This document shows positions 54,825 through 64,000 of a stretch of DNA of 64,000 bases, one piece after another. Within the stretch, counting starts at the first letter, position 1. Every line of letters starts with the position of its first letter. Source of the stretch: the human T2T-CHM13v2.0 reference genome, Homo sapiens; assembly GCF_009914755.1 (NCBI RefSeq), contig NC_060930.1. One strand, given 5' to 3'. The notes under the pieces were generated by a model, which ran no database searches, was not told the DNA's origin, and was given only the letters and a program-made list of their open reading frames with translations. The translations under genes and the position numbers were made by a program.

Positions 54825-54987
54825 TGTATTTTGTTTTAGAGACAAGGTCTTGCTCTGTTGCCCAAGCTAGAGTGCAGTGCCCAATCACCACTCACTGCAG
54901 CCTTTAACTACTGAGCTCAAGCAATCCTCCAGCCTCAGCCTCCAAAATAGCTGGGACTAAAAGCATGCACCACTATGCCTGGTTATT

Positions 54988-55028
<41 letters not shown>

Positions 55029-55050
55029 ATAAGGTCTTGCTATTTTGCCT
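54825..55050 (-). mobile_element. AluJ fragment with (TG)n expanded in the middle linker
   Basis: agagacaaggtcttgctctgttgccc...(tg)n tagagataaggtcttgct. Confidence 0.85.
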
Positions 55051-55834
55051 ACCAGACTAACTTTATTAGGGATAGTAATCAATCCTGGAAATGCACAAAT
55101 CAATGGTTCCCGCCCCAATAAGGTGTTGCCAACAAGACCATATTAAGAACACAGACTGATATCACCTGTTTTAACAAGCTTTGAAGGATATCATATTTGA
55201 TAAAAATGTACAGAATAGATATATCCTTTTTGTCATTGCTCACATAAAAGACAACACGTGATGTAACTGCAATGCCAACAAATCAGGTGACAAGAACAAT
55301 AAGAGTCTTGACCTAAAAGGACCCCTCTTATTCTTTCAAAGCATTAGCCTCTGGAAAGGTAAATGCTGACATGACATCCTGCCCCTTCTCTGTCCCCTGC
55401 CCTTTACTTGACTACATGTGAAAGCAACAGGAAAAACTCTTAATAAAATTATATGCTTTTCTAAAATGTGTTGGCAACTGGAAGCAGCCTGTAGTATAAC
55501 TGTCAATGAGCAAGGAGCAAGGATAGAGTACTTTCAGCCAATGGTGTGCCAAATTGTGAACAAACTGTGGAGAGAGTCCAGGAAAGATCTCAAGTGGATA
55601 CTTCAGTGAACAGTAAGTAACTAAGAACTTCAAAGGATTGCCCTACAGACTCCTGAACCTAAATTAAAGGTAAAAACAACAGCCCTCAGAGCAATTAGCA
55701 GGCTTCAACTGGGATGTGCATTCCTGATAAGAATTAGCCGGGAAAGGGCACAATGTACCTTGCAAAATCTGAAACGTTGCCTAAGGAGTAAGCAATCAGA
55801 GCACCTGGGTTCTTCTGGCAATATCTGCGCTCAC

Positions 55835-55863
55835 CTTTCCTGGTTGTGGGTTTGTCCGATACC
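55835..55863 (-). other. Candidate 29-nt exon
   Basis: Minus strand: ctttcaatctatttgcactag|GGTATCGGACAAACCCACAACCAGGAAAG|gtgagc. Confidence 0.3.
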
Positions 55864-56234
55864 CTAGTGCAAATAGATTGAAAGCCAGAGCCTGAATCAC
55901 ACTGGTTAAAATTTATGGTTTCTCATGTACACTATCATATTTAAGTATACTACTATCTAGTGTTTTCATTATAGAGATCTCCCATTTTCAGTTACTCATT
56001 TTCTGATTCAGTATCCTTTAGGTATTATTGTGACCAAAATATGTAGCAGTCTGCTTTCCAAATAATAAGTGAGTCACGATTCTGGGGTCCAGGACAAGCA
56101 AGTATACATCCCTGCTTTTAGAACTGTTTCATATTTAAATTTAGATGTGCCATAGAAGTTTTGAAGTTTTGTTAATGCTCCTTTTATTGAGACTGAATCT
56201 GGTCAAACAGTATACCAAAATGATAACAACTTAA

Positions 56235-56667
<433 letters not shown>

Positions 56668-57607
56668 CTAGGTTAGTAGGAGCATCCAGTCAGAACACAA
56701 AGTTGCAAATATTGTAAGGACATTATCTCAGTGACATTCAAGCCTGCAGTGCAAAGAGCTTCTCCGGTAAGAAAGTTAACAGGGATTTCTAACATCTGGA
56801 GTGCACAAGTGTTACACAAGGAAAAGAGAAGTTTGTGTCAATTAAAGCTAGAAAAGATAGTGTTAAAAAGTTGGAAAAATAAAAGAAATCTAAAGCTCGA
56901 GTCTAACATAAAATCCTTCTCACAGCTTAGAAAAGCTTTCCTCTGTGTTGACAGGTCAAAGAGCAACTCTGCAAATGAGCTAATAATTGTCAAAACTTTA
57001 GCCAGACCTTTCCACCATGTGCCAGGACTAAGTGGCTTTACCCAGAGAACAGCAGCTTGAAAAAGTCTTGGGGTTCAAATAGATTTGAAACTACCTCATT
57101 GTTTTGTGAACTAAGGAAAATTAAATAGCTAGGCAACCTCCAAAAAGAAAAAGAAAAATGTTATATAGAATTCATAAACACGTTCTAAAAGCCAGTGCAT
57201 TTGTTTAGCATATGTGTCAAATGCAAACAGAAGCAATAGTGATATTCCTTTCTCATTCTATAACCATTGGGGAAACAATATACCAACATTCTTAGGCATT
57301 AAAGAGATCCCTCTTATCTTGTTGATTAATTCTAATTCTCTCATTCTAAATCTGAGTGCTACTCCCAGATAGGACATAATACTTACTGGGATGGGCACTG
57401 CTTGGAGTGGCAGAGATTTCATTCCTCCACTTTCTGGTCAATTCTTATTTTAACCTTATTCCCAATTTAGAATTTTCATATTTTATCATCTGAGATTAAA
57501 TCGTTCTAGAAGGTAAGCAATTCTTTGTAGGCCAAAAACTTCCCACCTCCCTCAACCTACCTAGAGAATTTTAAATGCATTTTCCAAAGATGTTGGGTAG
57601 GTTTTTA

Positions 57608-57831
<224 letters not shown>

Positions 57832-59020
57832 TCACTGTAACCTCTAACATAAAAAAAGAATAAGTTTGCTTCTTGTTTTCATAAACACTGGATTATATTC
57901 TATAAAGTGATGCTTGTGGTCTTTGTTAATCAGCATATTGAGCTGATTTACTTCAGGCATCCTATTATTTATTCTCTGGTGGTTTTATTTTAAAGTAAAA
58001 GATAATGTAGTTAGAGATTTTAAGAGATAACAGCATGAGATTAGATATTCTGCAAACACTGGCAATTTCATTAACAATAATAACTAAAATGGACAAATTT
58101 TATTAGTGTGCCAGGCACTCATTTAAGCACTGTAACTCAATATTTCTCAAAACCTACATCTGGAATGGGTACTTTCCCATTTTGAATATGTGGAAACTGA
58201 AGGAAAGTGGTCAGATCATGTAGTAAAAACATGTTGGAATGTATATTCCCACTCAAGCAGTCAAGTTCCAATGTCCGCACTCTTAAACACTATGCTCTAT
58301 ACTATGTGTGGAGATCAGCATTTGATAAGTATTCTTTTGCTTAAACACAAAATGGGCATAAAATATCAGTGACTCAACTAACAAAAAACAGTTTTTTAAA
58401 TTTCTATTTTTGAACCTTGGGTATATGTAATCTAGTAACTTTAATTTGGCTTAGGAAAAATTTACACTTCTCCAAAATTGCTTTTCTCTCCTTAATTCAC
58501 ACTAGAGGCCCACTCTAGAGGCCATGTGGGCCTCTTTTAAGACAGAAGTTCAAAATCCCCATTTCCTGGTAAGACCGTGAGTGTACTTAAATAACTACTG
58601 TTGTCCCCTTCATAATGAATGACCAAACAGTGCCTTATGGGATGCAGGTGCCAGGGCAATTAGGTGATGGTCACAGCCCACCCTCATTCCTGGCTGATAG
58701 GACTCTGCCAGCCACTGGTCTCCCTCTCTTGTGGCTGCCCACTAGACAGGGCAATGGGCTACAGAAGCAATAGCAGAGAGAGGGCTGATCAAAGTCCAGG
58801 CAAGAGAGGCAGTTCATAAGCAGCTGCAGGTCAGAGCAAACAGGATTCTGCAGCCAAACAACCAGGGATTATGCATGTGAATATTCAGGTTGTAAATGCA
58901 CATTGACATACACTGTAGTCTAAGAGGCTGTCCACCAATCTTCTTGATCCTGCTTCCAGAGGGAGAGTTAGTGACAGCAAACCTCCAGAAAACAAATGTG
59001 CTCTCTCCTCTGCCTGACTT

Positions 59021-59070
59021 TGTTTACATTTCGGATTACTCAAGTTTTGGGAAATTCCACTTGGCGGAAT
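59021..59070. promoter_or_regulatory. Forkhead and NF-kB motif cluster (putative enhancer)
   Basis: TGTTTAC at 59021-59027, GGGAAATTCC at 59049-59058, TTGGCGG at 59061. Confidence 0.35.
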
Positions 59071-59708
59071 TTTACTATCATTGTGGCAATGTGTTTGTAA
59101 TTCTTTTTCGGTAGGCTTTTACTTGTTTGGGTAGTTTTGAGACTATGGAAAGACTACTGATAGACTGGAATTATCCTAGGCAAGTTCTGAAGTGAATCAG
59201 CAAACTGTAAGACAGACAGAGCTTTGACATTTGCCACATCTCAGGAGTATGGTCAGTTATAAAATATATGGTCAGTTACCAACAAAGCCCCAAGCTTCAC
59301 TTGTGAATCACTAGATGTGGGCAGCGATGCAAATATTACCATGCCTTAATAGTCATTAACATTATAAATGCTGCACAGGCACTGGGACAAGTTACTGCTG
59401 GCTTACTTGCCAGCATACCCAAAACCTGGCACAGCATGGGCACATAGTAAGGTGCTCAAAGATTCATGGAGTGAAAGAATAAATGAAAGGATATAAACCT
59501 CATCAGGATCATGCTCTTAAAAACCAGGCAGAACAGCTTAGATGGCAAGAGCATGTTCTAGCTTATCACGAAAATTTTTAAAAGGAAAAAAGTATACACA
59601 CAACTTTCTATATATGATATATATAAGTACTTAAAACACATTTACATTTCTTTAATAACTTATTTTATAATCACATAATCTATATTGAATATCTGGAGGA
59701 AATACAAA

Positions 59709-60401
<693 letters not shown>

Positions 60402-62399
60402 AACTACCTGGTAGCATTAAAGTTTATTTATACATACATAGGAAATACACATATGTGAAAAAAGTTGGGGGGACTGCTCTTTATGATACATGATTGCAGA
60501 ATCACCCATTATTCACAAGAACCATGCTCATTCTTCTTTATTATACCACTTTCCCCAACATTGAGAGGCAATGTATCACTTAAACATGCAAATATATGAA
60601 GGATTTATTTATTGTTTTCATTTCCCTTCTTCAGCATATACACTTTTTGTGCCTTCAGCAATACTTTCCTTATTGTCAAAGTTTCTATTCCTAACAAAAT
60701 TTACATTTTTATGGTAGTTTACAAATATAAAACTACTTTCACATATATTATTCATTTCACCTTAAAAGTGTGTGGTTCAGTAGACTAGACAAGACATTAA
60801 AGTCATTCTTCATTGTAATATTCTCATTTTGGTGATAAAGAAATGAAAGATCAAGCAGAAAGGACTGCTCCCAAATTTCAGAAAGTGACAGAGCTTAAGA
60901 CTGGAACATAAGTCCTCCTGTAGCAAGGCCAGTGCTCTGTGCATTAAACAGCCTCCTGCATAGATCTCCAAAGGCATTGGTTCTGAGGTAGGTTGCTGCC
61001 AGCCCCTTCACCTCATTCATATATTTCCTGAGCATTTAAGTGCTGGTTTAGATAAAGGGGCATAATGAGTCAACACCAGATAGCAATCTGCTCCAACCGA
61101 CCAGGTGGTTAGGGCAAATTATTACAAACTTCATCATTTAGGACTGACAGTCATCACATAAGGACATAAATAAGACAGAAAAAGAGTCATAAGTTATTAT
61201 CATAAGTTATTTATGATAATAGACAAAAGTGTATGAAAACAAGCCTCCAGTGACAAAGGGAAGCATGATGAAGTCAGTAAACCTTCCTCCTCAACCACTG
61301 TCTACACCCCTATGTGCCAGGCCAGCTGCCCTGGCCATTGAAGGTCCATTACGGACCATTAAAGTGCCTGGAGACTATCCCCTGGCCTCAACTGGCACAG
61401 CCATGGTCCTCAGTCAAATCCACTAGCACTAACATGTGATTAAGACAGCCTGGGTAAATCTCTCATTAGGAGAGGAGGTAGCTAGGCAAACAGCTGCTAC
61501 TTCTCTACATTTTATTCATTATTCAGTACCCCAAGATATTTCTTATAGCAACTCTTCCTAATATCCCATGTTGCTCAGATATACATAATAAATTTAGGCA
61601 GCAGAGGTTAGAGGATCAAAATTAAAAATAAAATCACCATCATCTCTTGAGGTTTTCAAAAATAGTAGAGTTAGTAGGTTTTGTCTGTGTCAATATCATT
61701 TACCATAGCTTACTTTACCCTTTGCTTTCTATTAAAAATAAATAAATGCATACATGCAAACACCTATACATGCATACATGTATAAATTCTGTCATGATAT
61801 CTGAAAACCAAGCAGTTATCTAAGATAGTCTCTTGCATTCACAGACATATTATCACCTTATATGCAGATTACTATTCTAATCAAATCCAATCACTAAGTC
61901 AGGTTTATATTTGGAAATATTGTTTCAGAAATTTGGAATACAAGCCAAAAATTTTTTAATCTTAAATAATAATTATATAGATTACTGTTAAGGAAAATGA
62001 TATATACATAGTATACATTAATATATGATACATATATAGTAAGAACACTAACCTATACATTAAAATCTTTAATTTGAGCTCAAGTTCTTCCTACCTGTAT
62101 GACTTTGGGCAACTTACGTCAAATGAAGGGGTCATTAATTTCTAAGATCTTTTTTAATACCAAATTCTACAAATTTTTAATGTTAGACTAATTCAATACT
62201 GAGACAAGGAAAATAAAATAATGGAAATAATATAAATTCATGCTTTAAAGTAGTCCTTAAAGGGAAAGCCAATAAATAAACACTCTCAGATTAAAAACAG
62301 GTGATCTGTAAATGTATACAAGCCTGCCAGACACAAATTGCCTCTTTCCTCTCTTTCTCTTCCACGCTTTCCCACTTAGAGATCACCTAGTGGTCCACA

Positions 62400-62880
62400 A
62401 CAGAGAACAATCTGATCCCACTGTCTCTTCCCCATCATCTCCCATCTTCTTTCTTCCCCATCAGAAAGATTACAAACCCTGGGCCAAGCCAATCAGCACA
62501 CTAACTTCCCCTCAGTCAGAGCCTTAGATTCAATGGTTGGAAACAAGATCAGTGGATTCAAGCACTGTAAACCTTAGAGCCTTATCAGGTGCAACCAGCA
62601 GATAATTCACATTTCCTTAAGGGACTTGAACCTGGGATCTTGTTCGGTGGGAGCTGCCACAGCCATCGTGCCTCTATATGGAGCCTAAGAAGCTCCTGGA
62701 ATACCCTAGAACTAAACTAAGCAGGCAGAGAAACATCATGTCTCAGTGGAATTACGTCAACTTCTAAATCAAGCTCCACCTGAACTGTAGTTAGGAGAGA
62801 CAAATAAATTCACCTTTTGTTGCAACCAGTCTGGGTTACATTTTCTGCCAAGATGCAACCAAAGAAATGTCTAATCTTTA
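62400..62880 (+). mobile_element. Old MLT1 (J/K/L-like) LTR remnant
   Basis: aataaattcaccttttgttgcaaccagtctgggtt...tgcaaccaaag. Confidence 0.5.
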
Positions 62881-62899
62881 AACATTTGTGTACATTCAT

Positions 62900-63095
62900 T
62901 AACGAATCTTGACTCTACCAGTGACTCATATAGCCACTTGGGACAAGTTATTACTTAACCCCTCGAGGCCTTAGTTTGTAAAATGGAGATGATCCTCATC
63001 TTAAAGGATATTGTGAGGATTTAAAATTATGTAAAACACTGATCACAGGCCCTAGCAGGTCATGGGCTCTCAGTAAATTACAGCTCATATTGTTA
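62900..63095 (+). mobile_element. MIR SINE
   Basis: ttgggacaagttattacttaacccctc...gtaaaatggagatgat...gtgaggatt. Confidence 0.75.
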
Positions 63096-64000
63096 TTTTT
63101 GCAATTGCTTTAGGAAAAGCTCTCTTCTCCAACATATAAGAAAATAAATGAACCTAATTATTGCTCATAAGAATAAAAGCAGTACTAGTAAAAAAGACAA
63201 GTTCCAGAATTTGGAGTCAAACTAGAAAAAGTAACTGTGAAGTTCTTGAAGATATACGAAAGTGCCCTCTCAGAGTCTCTCCATCACTACTTCTCCTCTA
63301 ACAGTGATCAGTCTCCTATTAAATCTTTCTTTAAACATTAGTGTCTAAATTAAGTACATATGGAAATATACTGATTTACAGTTCATTAATTCAATAAATT
63401 ATATATTTTATATTTAAGACAATATAGGTTATGCAGACTTTTATTTACAGTATCAAAAATATAGAGAACGTTGCTATTATCCCAAACTCCAGCTTCTGAT
63501 CTCATGATACAGCCAACTGTAATGGGTGAACATTAATTTTTACTTCTTGTTTTTTATTAGTCTCTGCCATAACCACGTCATTATGCCAATATTTTCTGAA
63601 TCACTAGTGAATGGCAAAAACAAATATAGCAGTTGTGATTTAATCAGAGACAACACTGTTGAAACAGCTAGCACAAGTAGACACATTTAGAATAGTAAAT
63701 GGATAACAAAAAACACTTACAGGCTCATTAATAAGAAGGCAATTAGGTCTTCTGGGAAAATTCATTTTCTAAAAGAATGCTAAAGCAAGCTATAAAATGC
63801 AAGTAAAATTGTGTTTTGACATGAATAGTGTACACTGTCTATTACATCATAATTTTTCTCTTGAGAAAACTGACAAGAATCTCTGTTCTTAAATATGAGC
63901 ACAAAAGATAATAAAAAGAACACCAGTTATATTTAATGCATTCTACCTACCAACTCCCATTCATTAAATTTGACTGTCCTATAAATGAGCTCCTTACTAC

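Noticed and set aside
60984-60996. let-7-like TGAGGTAGGTTG
   Set aside because: Only a partial match and no pre-miRNA hairpin is evident

Overview
This is primate, probably human, genomic DNA. It is AT-rich and CpG-depleted, and roughly 40% of it (estimated by eye) is interspersed repeat: about 17 Alu/FLAM/FRAM copies, MIR, L2, L1M 3' ends, MaLR/ERV solo LTRs (MLT1, MSTA, MLT2A, MER31) and fossil DNA transposons (Charlie1, MER33, MER58, MER63, MER91, MER113, MER44). None of the ORFs in the supplied track looks like a complete gene, and there are no rRNA, tRNA or CRISPR features. The + strand looks A-rich and the best splice signals are on the - strand, so the window probably lies inside long introns of a minus-strand gene that I cannot name. 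The main non-repeat signal is a pair of minus-strand exons: 43020-42903 (118 nt) and 41144-41077 (68 nt, stops in all three frames). One frame of the 118-nt exon reads as a transmembrane helix plus basic tail and stop (CLCLWSVTFAAVVLLLSAIPFAIYHAHRTLARIMKGD*). In another frame, back-splicing the two exons gives a 186-nt circle with a 57-aa Cys-rich ORF. Other points of interest are candidate microexons, an ancient-looking palindrome centred on an RFX X-box (about 8.0-8.4 kb), recent 82-bp x3 and 128-bp x3 tandem duplications, a fused inverted Alu, and a tailless Alu with an internal duplication. Repeat family names come from recalled consensus sequences, not from an alignment run, and their boundaries are approximate.
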